Origin: Entomortierella parvispora E1425
Taxonomy: Eukaryota > Fungi > Mortierellomycota
DNA: 64,000 bases
Reading direction: 5' to 3'
Assembly: GCA_020891255.1 (NCBI GenBank)
Contig: BQFW01000006.1
Location: 1,984,001-2,048,000 of the forward strand
Shown here: one piece after another, positions 37,434 to 53,285 of the stretch
Layout: every line of letters starts with the position of its first letter
How positions within the stretch are numbered: position 1 is the first letter of the stretch
Program-made: the position numbers and the translations under genes
Notes under the pieces: model-generated
The model's input: the letters and a program-made list of their open reading frames with translations, nothing else
Databases searched by the model: none
What the model was told of the DNA's origin: nothing

Positions 37434-40179
37434 CCTTTTCTCTCCCTTTTGTTCTTTTTCCACTTGCATTCAGGAGAAAAGAAATAAAGAGTTTGCCTTA
37501 CCTTTGAGATGGAGCAAGTTTTCTAACCGAATAAGAGCGACGCGTAGCAAAAAGGTATACTGCTCCAATTTGGTGACATGCGAGAAGCCGGTTTTGGATT
37601 CTGGCGTCTTGCACTGCTGACACAAGACCGACCCGCGGGTTGCATCGTAGGAGGCATCATAGTAGACAGGCGCCTGAGGTTTAGCACATCCAGAGCAGAT
37701 AAGACACTTTGGATGCCAGCGGTGGTGATGGTTAAAGGTGAAGCACTCGTCCTCGATCGTGACGCGACAAGAGAGACAGAGATCCGAGGTGACTTCTGCA
37801 TCCATGGATTGTTTCCCGTGCAGGTCGTTCAAGTACTTGTCCTTGTTTGCCAGCTCCATCAGCTTGTTGAGGAACCGGGCGATCACCACGGTCGAGTTGT
37901 GTTGCCGCTCCTGTTCATCCCAGCAAGAAACATCAGGGGTTTTTTTGAATACAAAATAAATATAAAGTCAATTTTAAGTTGGCACCTTCGAGCAAAATCA
38001 ATGTTCCGTAAAGCGCATGGAGAAAAAGATGCCTCAACGAGAAAGGGAAAAGTGAAAAAAAAAAGTGACGAAACGAAAAAAGAAACAAGGTTGGTTGTGG
38101 AGAGCCACACCCCTCCTCCAAGGTCTGGAATCTGGGTCAGGGACCACAGCAGACAGAGCAAAACAGACAAAAAGGAAGTGTGTGTCCAGGGTAGATTCGT
38201 TTCCTCGTGCTTTTTGTTTATCTTACCAACTTCAGGGCGCAGGTCAGGGCAATTCGAATCAAGATTTTCAGGTAGTGGGCCAATCCAGTGACCAACGACA
38301 GCAATTCTTGGGTCATGCCCAACCTCCTGACACCGCTCTCTTGTGTGTGCGACAGAAGAGAAAAGAAATTGACAATCTTTTTGCAGAGCATCTTGGCCTC
38401 ACGACCATGTGCCATATCTAAATTGACCAACAAGGAGCGGGCAAAACATGCATGTTAGCAATCAATCAGTCCGTTCTACACCAAGAATTGTGCCGATAGT
38501 GAAAAGAATAAAAAAAATGGCCTGGAGGGTCATCAAGGGATCATCAGCACTTGCCACTTTGGTCGCCGACCTCCCGCATCTGGGTCTCCAGGTCGTCAAT
38601 GGCACTGAAGAGGATGTCGACATGGAGGATGAATTTGCCTGCCATCTGCACTCCATCGTAATAGGCGCCGTTGGAGACATGAAGCAGCATGTCCGAGATA
38701 CAACCTGCAGATGACTCCTCAAAGGCCGAGAGGACCGTCCAGATCTGGTAAACCTTTTCTTCCATTTGCTGCTGTGCCTGTTTCAGTTCAGCGGGCGTCT
38801 TTTGCTCCATGGGCGAGTTTGGCGTTTCCTGAGGTGAAAGCATTTGCAGTTCTTCAGAGTCCTCCGACTCGAGAGACTGTTGGGTCTGCCCATTGCTTGT
38901 GGAGGACGGTGTGGGGTCTGACGCCCCTTGGATCAAGGATCGACCATCATCTTGAGGCGCAAAGGATAGCTTTACGTTCCAGAACTATGTATCCCCGGAC
39001 AAATATAAAGTAAAAAAATAAAATAAAATAAACCTGTCAGTTTGGCGAGCATGCAGTATCATGATGGAGACGTTGACATGTCATGATGACAAGAGCACGG
39101 CGCGCCTTGTTGGTTGTTAGACTCGTTTTTGCCTGTTGCATATTTTGAGATGCATTGACACGATGGGCTTGTTCGGCAGACGGAACTTTGAGCAGCCGTC
39201 TCCCATGCACACAGTCGAATAACACAAAAATAATAAAAAAACGCGAACAGCCAAAGACACAAAACAAAAAGACAGCGCGCGCGCGCGTTGAGTTTACCTT
39301 GTGGATCATGTAGCACTCTGGGTGCCAATGCTCGTCCTGACTGTTGCGGTTGATCTCGACAAACTGCTTGAGGATGGCGGTCCTGCATCCAGCGCACTTG
39401 ACGGCGTAGCAGAGCGAGTAGTGGTAGTGGCAGTAGACCTTGCCCTGGTGCTCGTAGTACGAGTCCTGGGGCCCAAAGACCGTTGGGCACACGGAGCAGG
39501 TGAAGTGCTCAATATGATACTTGCAGTCCAGCGCAGTGATATACGAGCCCCGGAGCGCACCTCCACAGGACTGGCACACAAGGTTCAGGCGCCGGAAATA
39601 GTCGCGCTCACAGAGCGGATATTGCTTGCCGTCTGGCTCGGTGATGGGGAAGAACTTGGAGGCGACAATCTGGCTGCAATCCTGTGAGTGCGTTGAAGGA
39701 GGAATGACAAGGGGCCAAAAAAAAGGAAAGAATACGAAGGGAAAAAAATGAGTGGACGGAAAGGGATGAAGTGGAGGGCACTGCAGGGGCAGGGGCAGGG
39801 CAAAGAGACAGGGGTCTGTTCTGCCCTGTCTATGCGTGCATGATGTCTTTCATTTCAGGTACGCTTTTACCTTGCATTTGAAACATTCAAGGTGGAAGGT
39901 GCCTCCCAATGCACGGACAAAGGATCCCTTCATCTGCAATTCACATTGGCCGCACTTTTGCACCGCTGGAGCCAGCTCCGGCGAGGGTGCAGTCTGGATA
40001 GGTTGACTCTGCAGGCGAGGCTGATTCGTCTGTTGAGGGAACGACTGGGATGCAGCAAAGTCCCTGGAAGATCTGCTTTGTTGCTGCTGATGCGTGTCCT
40101 GAAGTGGGAGTGGGTGTGGCATGGTGGAGGTAGCAGTAGTGGAGGTGGAGGTAGAGGCGGTGGAGGGACTGACACTCAT
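35024..40179 (-). CDS. LRG1: LIM-domain Rho GTPase-activating protein (Lrg1/Rga1 type), multi-exon
   Basis: LIM motifs CGQC...FHLECFKC, CQSC...YHIEHFTCSVC, CAGC...WHPEC and CLSC...WHPKCLIC. GAP motifs VEGVFRKNGNIRRL (catalytic Arg), ALLKKFLRDMPDPL and MDLHNLATVITPN. Confidence 0.93.
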
Positions 40180-40331
40180 AGCAAGGGCAAGCGTTGCCGA
40201 GACAAAGTGTCTGCCTGTGAAGGATGAGGAGTCGTGTTGGTCCGGTACTTGTGCAAAAAAGATGGATTCAACTAAACGTTACGACGATGGAGTGAAGGGT
40301 TGGGTCAAGATGTAATGAAGGGAGGAAAGGA

Positions 40332-40376
40332 AGGAGGAGGAGGAGGAGGAGGAGGAGGAGGAGGAGGAGGAGGAGG
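40332..40376. repeat. (AGG)15 microsatellite within a ~1-kb purine-rich tract upstream of the RhoGAP
   Basis: Read directly. Neighbouring repeats include (GAAA)n near 40558-40585 and (GAGGAACA)4 at 41125-41156. Confidence 0.9.
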
Positions 40377-41019
40377 TTGGCGATTCCCGAGGAAGTTAGA
40401 CTGGCCTAGAATCGAATTACAAAGATCAGGAACGGACGACAGGTCAGAGAAGGAACAGCGCACGAGGAGGAGTGCATGGGAAAGAGAATGAGAGTGAGAA
40501 GGAGTAGGGAGGTGCTAATGAGATGAATGAATGAATGAATGTTGGTTGTGCGAGAAGAGAGAAAGAAAGAAAGAAAGAAAGAAAGAAGGAAGGAAAGAAA
40601 GGAAGGCAAGAATGAGAGAATGAGAGAATGAGAAAGAGAGGGGTGAGAGTGCATGCAGGAGCATCTGAACAACAACGTGGTGAGTTGCTCTTCAGGAGGA
40701 GGGGAGGAAGAAGCGAGGAGGAGGGATAAAATGAACGGATGGATGGGATGGGATGGGCAAGGAGGAGAGAAAAGGAAAGGAGAGGACAGCATGGTACATA
40801 GGCGTCAGGAGGTAAAGAGTCGTTGCGTTGCAGGTCGAGGGATCGGCTACTCACCGGTGTTGAGAGGTGGAGGAGCGGACAGGGATGAAGGGAGTCAAGA
40901 AGGAACGGAAGAGAGTAGGGGGGATGTGGCGAGGCTATCGATACTCGATCGGGTGGAGGAGGATGACGAGGAAGGAGGAAGGAAGGAGGAAGGAGAGGAA
41001 GGAGGAAGGAGGAAGGAGC

Positions 41020-41050
<31 letters not shown>

Positions 41051-42565
41051 AGGGAAAGAGAAGGGAAAGAGCAAAGGGAGAGAGAGAGAGAGAGAAGGAA
41101 AGCAAAGGAAGGACAGACGAGAATGAGGAACAGAGGAACAGAGGAACAGAGGAACAGAGGACGAGAGCGGTGCTCATCGGCCGACGGATGCTCAAGGGAA
41201 ATGAGAGGAGAAGAAGAGAGAAGAAGAAGAGAGAAGAGAGGAAAGAGACCCCCGCCCCAGGTTGCATGTGCAGTACACGTACCTTGCCTTTCCTTTGCAT
41301 CTCATTCCACCACCCCTGCCTCTGTCTGACTTGACGCTGGCAGACAAGAGATGGATGGACATGCAGATGATGGATGACGAGGGAAGGAAGAGAAGGAGGG
41401 GGGTGGGTGGGTGGGTGAGTCGACAATCACTCATTCAGACAAACAACCGTGCATTCCATGATGGGGACAATCCTCCTTCCTCCTTTCCTTCCTTTCCTCC
41501 CTCCTCCCTCCTCCCTCCTCCCTCCTCCCTCCAGTGACTTCGCCCTTCCTGTCTCCTTTGCACACGCACACGCACACGGGAAACGCGTCCAGCAAAAAAG
41601 GGGCCACTCACTGCCCAAGGCGCGTGTCTGGTCGTCTCCCCTCTTTTTTCTATCATTCTCTTTTTCATCTCATCAGAAAGGAAACATACTGTTCAGTGCT
41701 GTAGTCAAAAGACCGCATCCTCATCCACAACCAGCAAACAAGAGAGCAAACGACATGAAAAACAACAACAAACAAAACAACAACAACAACAACCCATCCT
41801 GTTCTCCTCCTTCGCAGCAAAACGCGCCGGGACCACGCTTGTGTTGTCATGCGCACACACGCGCAGACGCGTCGTTGTTGTTTGTCGTTTTGTCGTTTTG
41901 ACGTTTGTCGTTGTTCATCATTGTTGTTGTGTTGTGTGTTGTCAACCCCCCTTCTTCTTCTTTCTCCTTGTTCCCTTTTTATGTCTCCGTCCCAATATGA
42001 AAAAGAAAAAAAAAAAGAGAGCGATGGGATTTGACCCTGTCATCCGACTGTTTGTCCGTCGGTCGTCTGCGTCGCTTTCCGTCAGATGCTGGTCTGTCAG
42101 ATGTCCGCCTGTCAAAAAAAACTAAAATGGTCGGCACTGTGCAATTGCATGGTACTCGGGGCAGTACCGCCCGTGGGTACCCGCTCTCGACGTACAATAC
42201 TGCACCGTTACCCATCTGCGGGTTCTTTCTTGATACGCCAGTCAAATCAATCAGTCAACCATTCAGTCAGTCAGTCAGTCAATCAGTCAATCAGTCAGTC
42301 AGTCAGTCCAACCAAAAAAAACAAAAACTGTTTTCCCAATTCTCAACCTAGGACATGCCAGTGAGCATTTCAATCCCAAAAAAAAAACGACACTCGGGCA
42401 ATTTTTCCTGGCTCAACCATGGATTGAATTGTTTGCATACCCTTCAATATGTATAGCAACCATTCATATTCATTCGGACGTTCATTTTTAATACACTTTC
42501 TCGGGGGAAGAAGGAGGGGAGGGGGAGGCTCTCTCTCACATTTTTTTTTTCGTTCTTTCTTTTTT

Positions 42566-45259
<2,694 letters not shown>

Positions 45260-45424
45260 GGCAAAGGTGATGTGGTGTACAAAAGAGAAATGGGAGAAAT
45301 GCAAACGCCCTGGCCATTTCTTGTCACATCGCAAGCAGAGCACCCCTTCCACGCCCCTGGTCCAGATTGTTGTTTCGGGCCGGTGGCTTTGCTCTTTTTT
45401 TTTTGAGTGCGGATTTGCACGAAT

Positions 45425-46653
45425 TTATTCTTGATTTTGTTGCTCTTTTGACCGGACGAACTTGAGGATGAACAGCTTCTCGCGGCCAGCAAGGCGTGTC
45501 TTGACCACCTAGAGAGTGCACAACAAAGAGCGTCAGAGATGAAATGATCATTTGAATTGAATCCACTGTATGAAAACACAAAATAGAGATCAAGGTTGTC
45601 ATTACACTAGAGTCAAAACCATCCTGCTTCATAATCTCGCGGATATCATCGGGCTTGTTCTCGTTGACCACCACCATGTAGAACACTCCCTTGGGTGACA
45701 AAAGACGCTATGGATAGATGCAAGAAGGTGATTTGTGAGTATCATCTGTTATAGCTGTTTTTCGATGGAATCGACTCTCGAACTGTACCTTCACAAAAGG
45801 CAGGAATTCGTCAATGACCTCCCTTCCATCAATTCCACCGGCCCATGCTGCCTCTACAGAATGAGATCCAACTTCCTCGGATGGGGTCAACACGTAAGGA
45901 GGGTTAAAGTATACGAGATCGATCTGATTTTCCAGCCTTGGAAGCAGGGATGTTGTCAAATGTGTTTCTACAACTTCGGCCGTGATCTAATTCAATCAGA
46001 CGAAAGGAAGGTATCAGATTCTCTCCCTGTCCTTTACAGTCTATAGTGCCGATTCTGTCTCCTGTTCAGTACCTGGTTCTGCTTGGCTGTTCCTTGTGTT
46101 GCCCTGGCTGCCTTTGGGTTGATGTCAGTGCAGAATTTTACTATGGTTGTACATGAAAGTAATCCAACTTCAGTTAGTCAAAACTCTGAGTAAAAGTCTC
46201 TTCATTTCCAGCCTTTCAGTCCGCTTTATATCCAGTGTTATTACAGCAGCAGCTTTCTCCGAGGATCTTGCCCACGAAAGCGGTAACGCATCCTGATCCC
46301 GATCTAAGAAACGAGGTCATGAGCGCGAGGTTAAAATGTCTTCTTTGGTCGGATAGGAACATTGACAAACTGCTGAGAGCGCCAAGAACGCAGTGAACAT
46401 ACCCGACTTCCAGCGAGATGATGGGGTTCAGTTCCTTCAGGAAGGGTACTTCGTCCTCGAATGCATCCAAGAACAGGAACGTGTCCTCTATAATCCAGTC
46501 GAATATGAATTCTTTGTCAGTTTCTCCTTCTCCCTTGGTAATGGTGAACCTGTAATGGACAATTGCATCTTTGCAATGACAAGTACCAGCAGGCTCATAG
46601 ATGAACTCGTAGTCCTTTTTCTTAAGATGCGACAAGTCGGGGGTTGGCAGCAT
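45425..46653 (-). CDS. MTQ2: HemK-family eRF1 glutamine methyltransferase (Mtq2/N6AMT1), multi-exon
   Basis: MLPTPDLSHL...YEPAEDTFLFLDA, LEVG|SGSG (SAM-binding), FNPPY, WAGGIDGREV and final exon ...RLAGREKLFILKF. Confidence 0.93.
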
Positions 46654-47164
46654 GGTTGAAATGGAGTAAAAGCTGAATTGATCAAGAAGGGGCAGGACAA
46701 AGACTTGAAGGGAGATCAAAATTTTAGTCGGGGTCGATGACTTGCATTGTTCTGAAAAAAATTGGGGGTCCGTGCTCATTTTCATGTTCCCACAACTTGA
46801 ACGTCCAGGCCGTCGCGTTCCTGCCTGGCTCCCATGGTTCCTTGAGTCGTCAAGAAGGGCCAAGAGACCAAGACGAGTCGAGGAAACTACCTTTTATCAT
46901 GGCTTCTTGACTCTTCCTCGGCCAAAAGAGGATGCCCTAGTCAGGTGATCCCTTTGGTCGCCTTGCTTTTGGTTCCCGTTCTCGACCGTCCTTGGGTCTC
47001 TTGCCTTCCTCCTCTCCCTCTCTCTCTCTTCCTCTTCTCTCTCTCTCTTCCTCTCTCATTCTATTTCGGATCCTTTGAACCAACAGCATCGACAGGCGTG
47101 GACACATTCATGCTCGGCCCATCCTTCCTCTTCCTCCCATTCTCATCCCCTTCGCGCTCTCGCC

Positions 47165-48438
47165 ATGTTGAGCTTCGAGAATGTCGCACGCAATGCACAA
47201 AGTCGAACGGTTCCTGAATCCATGTACGACGTGGTGGCCGTCTACCTCGACAGCCTGCCCCGTCACCCCAGAGCATTCACCCCTGTCCCCATTCAACCTC
47301 TCCAATGGACCTTGCCATTCGAGCCCGTTATCCCACCCACACCAGAAAACACCCAAAGGGCCCCCTTCACGACCAAAAAGGCGTTGCAGAACAAATCAGA
47401 CCCGACCCGGTACAGCCTCTTTGCCGAGCACAATAAGCCCATCACTCTCGCCTGGAAAGCTCCACAAGTCAGAGGGCCACAGTGGCTTCTGCAGCCGGAA
47501 GCCTATCCGCCACCGCAGTCGGCTCTCTTCCAGAACTCGCCTGCCTCTTGGCCAGTATGGGCACCTCCACCACCACCGCCGCCACCGCTACCGCAACAGG
47601 CACTACAGCCACCGCAGCCTATGATGGCATGGCCTGGTCAACCAGAGTTGCCATTGTTTCAAACAGCCAGAGCCAAGACTCATAGACCGCCAACGTTACA
47701 CTCGGACGTTACCAACCCGACCATGAAGACGCATGGCAAGATACCACAAGAAACGGAGCTAACGACAGCGATCCAGAGCCTGAGAATCGACGTCCCTCTC
47801 CAGTCTCCGAATTCGTCCAGCAGGGAACAAAACAATCATAATGGCGCCGTTGTCCACAACAAACGACGGAGAAACCGCAAAAAGAACTCACATTATCACA
47901 AGGAGCCTGTGCACAAAGATACCCACGTCCCCCCCGTAAATGAAAACGAAGAGAGTCCCCCCATCGGTAAGGGTCCTTGCGGGAAGTGTCGACATTGGTT
48001 AGTCACCATCTTAACCATTGAGACTTTCTTTCTTTTTTTTTTTTTTTTCTTTTAGCGGTCGCCAATATCAGCAGCCAAAATAAGCGAGAGGAGAGGCACC
48101 AATATCGCGCAGCAGAAGGAGACGAGATCATAAAGACCCTCAGTCGAGGAGGTCATCGAGGCGGTCGTGCTGGTCGAGGTGGTCGAGGGAGTCGTCGTCA
48201 TCCCCCTGTCAACAGTGAGCAGCTTCCCACTCAACCCTCCTCCGCTCCTCCGCTTTTTGTTCCAGACCGAGCAGTGAGTACGCCAGCTGCCCCCGTAGCA
48301 TCAACAACAACGCCCAAGGCTCACCCAACAACACGCTCACAACAACTGCCACTTCAAAACAACGAATCATTCCGTCATGCACGAAAAATTGGTGGCAACG
48401 CGCGTCGGGATAGGACAGACACCGTGGTAGCCAACTGA
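47165..48438 (+). CDS. Unknown Pro-rich protein with an RGG box; join(47165-47966, 48056-48438), ~394 aa
   Basis: A gtaagg...ttttag intron with a long poly-T tract joins exon 1 to a 383-nt open exon that the ORF track misses. That exon contains RGGHRGGRAGRGGRGSRR. Confidence 0.7.
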
Positions 48439-48635
48439 ATCCCTTTTTTTTTTTTTTTTTTGGTCATAATTTTTTTCTTTCTGGTTTTCTTGGACGGCCA
48501 AGACCGCCATGCAACTAGCTAGCTACACGATGTACCGCATCACCTCATGATAACCCATATTTGACCAAGACCTACTCATAATAGTAAATATTCACTTCAT
48601 TTTTTTTTTTATTAACATTCATATTTTGGACAGAT

Positions 48636-49436
48636 TCAAAGCTTGGCAGCGTTATCAGCTCTCTTGATGAACTGGGCGATTGAGTGGGACATGGAGTAGG
48701 TGGTCAACATGGGGTTGACTCCACTGGCGGTGGGGAAGGTGGAAGCATCCGCCACATAAAGGTCCTTGACTTCCCAAGTCTCTCCAGTAGGCTTGACAGC
48801 AGACGTCTTGGGGTTGCTACCCATACGGCTAATCGTTCATTCAATCAAAAAAAAAAAAAAAAAAAAAATGGTTAGAAAATAGAGTCAACTCGTCGAGGGG
48901 AAAAAGAAAAGAAAAATAGTCATACCAAGATCCCATTTGATGGGCACTACCGATGAGGGCCGAACCGGGCTTGATAGAAGTCTTTTTGACATTATCCAGG
49001 AACGTCTTGAAGGCCGGGTCCTCGGCTCCGAGCTCCTTGTTCACATGGAATTCCTCGACACCGCGCTGGGTCGTGTAAATAGTCTTTGCGCCGGCGGCGA
49101 TCAAGATCCGGAGGCAACGCTCCACACCGTCCTCCAACGACAAGGTGTCGTGCTTGGAGACCACATAGTTGATCCTGGGCAAACCATCCGGTCCCAAAGT
49201 AATGGATCCGCCATCGCGATCGCGGGTCAAGACAATGAGAGGCATCAAATGGTTGATTTCCAACATTTGACGCTTGTGTTCCTTGGCATCCTTGAACTTG
49301 ATAAACGCAGCGTTCAATCCAGGGTGGTGAGAAGGTACCTCGATCTTGGAACCGTATCCGTTTCCGTCCGTGTTCTCGGCCACCGTTGTGAGCTAAAGGA
49401 ATCAGAAGGAGGTTTGAGATCAGTTTTTGTTTTTTT

Positions 49437-49477
<41 letters not shown>

Positions 49478-51385
49478 AAGTGAAATGGAAAGAAACTTAC
49501 AGCGGTCATGATAGATCCTTGGTAGCAATCAATCTTCTCGTCAAACTTTCCAAAGACGTAGGTGACGGGGTGCAAGTGCAAGTTCTTTCCAATGTTCTTG
49601 TTCTTCAATCCCGAGCGCTGCAACAAAGCAGGGGTGTGAATGGATCCAGCCGACACCACCACCTTGTTGGCCTTGATCGCGAATCGGCCACCTCCGTTTT
49701 GGTAACCGACCACACCCACGGCGCGTCCCTTCTGGACCAAGACCTTCTCCACAAACGAATCCTGCATGAACTGGGCGCCATGGTCCTTGGCATCCTGCAA
49801 AAAGGTCATCATGGTGCCCTGTTTCTCTCCAAAGCGACAACCGAATCCGCACCAACCGCAAGAGTGCTCTTGATGGGCCGTGTTTTGGGGAATATTTTTG
49901 TAAGGATAGCCCAATTTGTGGCAAGCCTCCAACAAGAGACGGTTGGGGGTGTTGTGCTTCAAGTACTGATCCGAGATACCGAGACGGGCAATGACGGCGT
50001 CAATGGACTTTTGGTAGGCGGGTGTGTTGAAGTAGGGGAGTCCCTGCTTAGCCCACTCCTCACGGACAAAGTAGGGGAGCTAAGAAAAAGGAAAGAGTGG
50101 CAATCCCATGTCAGAATTTTGAGCAGAGAAAACGCACGGTCGGCAACATTTTTCACAGGCAAGTGCTCTGATTTACCTGAAGAGAGGCGCACCAGTTGAC
50201 GGTCGTTCCACCACCCCAGGTGGCACCAGCCAGGACGGTGAGCGCACCATCGGTGGTTGTCAAAGAGCCAGCTGCAAGAGATTACAAGAAAGAGGGAGAA
50301 ACAGGTCAGGACCCAGTTGCACAATTTGCATGCTCACGTGAACGCGCACTTTACAAAAAGTGCTCCTCGCAAAGTGAAGTGGGGGGCAGAAGAGCGAGGA
50401 ACGGGAGAAATCAAATTGAAGGTTTGTTTTTTGGAGAGTGAACTCCAAAGTGAACAAAGGAAAGAAATTAAAAAGGGACCGAAAAAAACACTTACAGCTC
50501 TCGTAGAGGTTGGTGAGTCCATCGCACTGGTTCAGGGTCAACTCGTGCTGACCATAGTGGTGACCCTTCTCGATCACCAAGACTCTCTTTCCGGCGGCCG
50601 ACAACTCGGCGGCCATCACACCACCGCCTGCGCCCGAGCCCACAATCACGACATCAAACGTCAACTCGACTCCTTCTGCTGGCACCTTGATAAAGTCATA
50701 CGAAGGGAACGTCTTTGCGCTGAAGCGTTCCGAATGCATCTCCGGGTCGGGTCCTGGGTATTCAATGGCCTTGTAGACCACGTCAAGAGGCTGGGTATAA
50801 AACGACATGGAGGCCAAGGCCAACATGGCCCTCGCAAAGATGCGGAGCTTGGTGATCATACTGTTGGACCACGACAACACAATCTCGGCACGCTGCTCGC
50901 GCGACAGTGAATAAAACTCGCCGTACGTGCCACCCAACGCCAATGTTCCGATCCTGAACGTGAGAATGCATGCAACCACGCATAAAAAAAAGTAAAAGAA
51001 AAAGGAGCAAACAAGATTGTCAATTGATCAAAAAATCAAAGAAAAAAAAAACTCCCTCGGGCAAGTGTGGGAAGCAGTTGAGAGATCAGTCGGGCGATCC
51101 TTACTTTGTGGAAAGGACCTTGAAGACCTTGCCAAGGTCCTCAATCTTCTCTGCGGGCAAACTATGCAACTTTGCGAGGATAATCTCGGAGACTTTGGTG
51201 TTCATGACGCCAGCCCTGCCAAATGCCCTGAGCGCATCATCGTTGGTACCGTTCGAGTTTTCGCGAACAAAGGATTCAAGCTCTTCACCCTCGAGCTCGG
51301 GAATGAAGGTATCAATGATGGCAAAGAGGACCTTGATCTGCTCCTCCGACAAGGTGGGCTTTGGGGTGGCAGCAAAGGTGGCCAT
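48636..51385 (-). CDS. FAO1: Long-chain fatty alcohol oxidase/dehydrogenase (GMC oxidoreductase), multi-exon
   Basis: FAD-binding VIVGSGAGGG, LAGATWGGGTTVNW, HSCGWCGFGC, HLHLHP, SAHQMGS and VADASTFPTASGVNPM. C-terminal AKL* is a PTS1. Confidence 0.93.
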
Positions 51386-52118
51386 GGTGTAAAAGAGCAA
51401 AGGGACGGACGAGGAGGGGGTATATAAAGGTGAAGGGAGGAAGGGAGGGCGCGAAAAGAAGAGAGATGAAGAAAGGAATGGAGACAAGGAAAGAAGATTG
51501 AGTCGAAAAGACAGGAGGGGATGGAGCAAAGGAATGAGCAAGAGGATGTCAGAAGGTAAAGGCGGAGCGGGGTCTGGTTTCTTTATATCACACGAAAGAA
51601 AGACAGAGTTTTTGTTCACACACCTTTTCTGGCCCCACACGCTTGCACCGTCGGGATTGGACCGTTGGCACCCCCAAGCAGAAGCGCACCATCCATTGCC
51701 CTAGCGGCTCTTTTTCGTCCTTCCACATGCTACTTTATCATAGACTCCTTTGTCGCAAAAAAGATGAGCCTTGGCGCCAAGGTCTCAGCTGCGCCTAGGG
51801 ACTCGGAGCTACAAGCAAAAAAGAAGGTGCTTCTCTCGGCCGCCAGCCGTGTCCTTGATCTTTATGTCCATATCTCCGTCCCGAAGTCAAGGTTCGCTTC
51901 GCTCGGACCAAAAACAAGGTCTGCCTACTGCAACTGGAAATAGCGGCTCTATCGCTATTTCCACGCAGAGTCAGATTGGTGGCAACGGGTGAGTCCTTAA
52001 GGGTGTACACTGAGCCAAGCCACGCATCCCACCGCCCTCCCTGTCTCTCTCTCTGGGTGACATTTCGGCAATCGGACAAAATGGCCCATCCTTCCTAGCA
52101 TTCAACCTCATTTCCGCC

Positions 52119-53043
52119 ATGTCCGACATCGAGATCAAAACCAGTGCGTGATTCCTCCCTTTCCCTTTGCAGTTTCCCCTCCTGCATCACTCTCTGTCTT
52201 CAATACCACAGTGAAGACTCTCTCCATCTTGAACAATCCTCTTCCGATTCAGACGCGATCAGGATTTCTCCGGAGCTGCATTCACGACACGAACCCAAAA
52301 AAAAAACCTTTTCGTCCATCAAACAAGGACATGGGATCAGCATATGGCTAAAGTGGATGAAAAGAGTGTGTTTAGAAGCAAGATGAACGCGCGATAGATA
52401 CCCACTTCACTATTGACAACACTGGTTGGATCCGACATCCAGGAAGCCGATTCGCGTACAACCCGACCACATTTTTTTCGCTCTCTCCCAAGAGGAGACA
52501 TGGATATCGCATGGACCCACAACGAAAACACACTTGGAGACAAACACGGACTGCAACCCTTTTATCTTTCAATGGCATATCCACTAACGTTTATTCCACC
52601 CTCTCGTCTCACTATAGCCCCCTTCGACGCTCGTTTCCCCAACACCAACCAGAGCAAGCACTGCTGGCAGGTGTATGCGGACTACTTCAAGTGCATCAAC
52701 GCACGTGGAGAGGAGTTCGCCCCTTGCCAGGACTTCAAGAAGGCTTACCAGAGCTTGTGCCCCCAGGACTGGGTACGTATAATCCTTTCTCTCACCTTGT
52801 CCACTTTCTATTGCTCTCTCTCTTTCTTTCTCTCTCTCTATCGCTCCACTCACCCTCTTTCTCTGCGCCCATGTCCTCTTGAAACATTTTCGGATATCCT
52901 TTTTGGAATGAATTGGACGTTGGTCACTGACCCTGTGCATTACCCTTTTCTTGGTCTCCCTTTTTATCTTTTTATTCTACTAGGTCTCCAAGTGGGATGA
53001 GCAGCGCGAGGAGGGTACCCTCCCCTTCAAGGTCACCGTTTAA
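52119..53043 (+). CDS. COX12: Cytochrome c oxidase subunit 6B; join(52119-52143, 52618-52772, 52984-53043), 79 aa
   Basis: PFDARFPNTNQSKHCW, CX9C and CX10C twin motifs, W...W.EQREEG. Confidence 0.96.
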
Positions 53044-53285
53044 ATTTTGTCAACCCTGACCAAGAAGAAAAACTTCACCTTACACATCCGAATTAGAATC
53101 CCAAGACGAAAAAAGAACATGATTTTTTTTATGGAGTATCATTGTTTTTTGTAGCAATAAGTAAAAAAAAGACCTCCCCAGTGGTTATTTCAATTGAACT
53201 TGAAGAGAGATTCAACTTGCTGTACACATTTTTTTTATTCCCAACATGTGAAAAAAAAAAAAAAGAACGTCCAAAAAAATTGATC

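Noticed and set aside
32580-39287. G15 run (32580-32594) and (GC)6 tract (39275-39287) in introns
   Set aside because: Isolated simple repeats in a genome full of homopolymer runs; no evidence of function.
52144-52617. Long first intron of COX12, and the PGM introns, as possible snoRNA hosts
   Set aside because: No properly paired C (RTGATGA) and D (CTGA) boxes, and no clear H/ACA layout visible.
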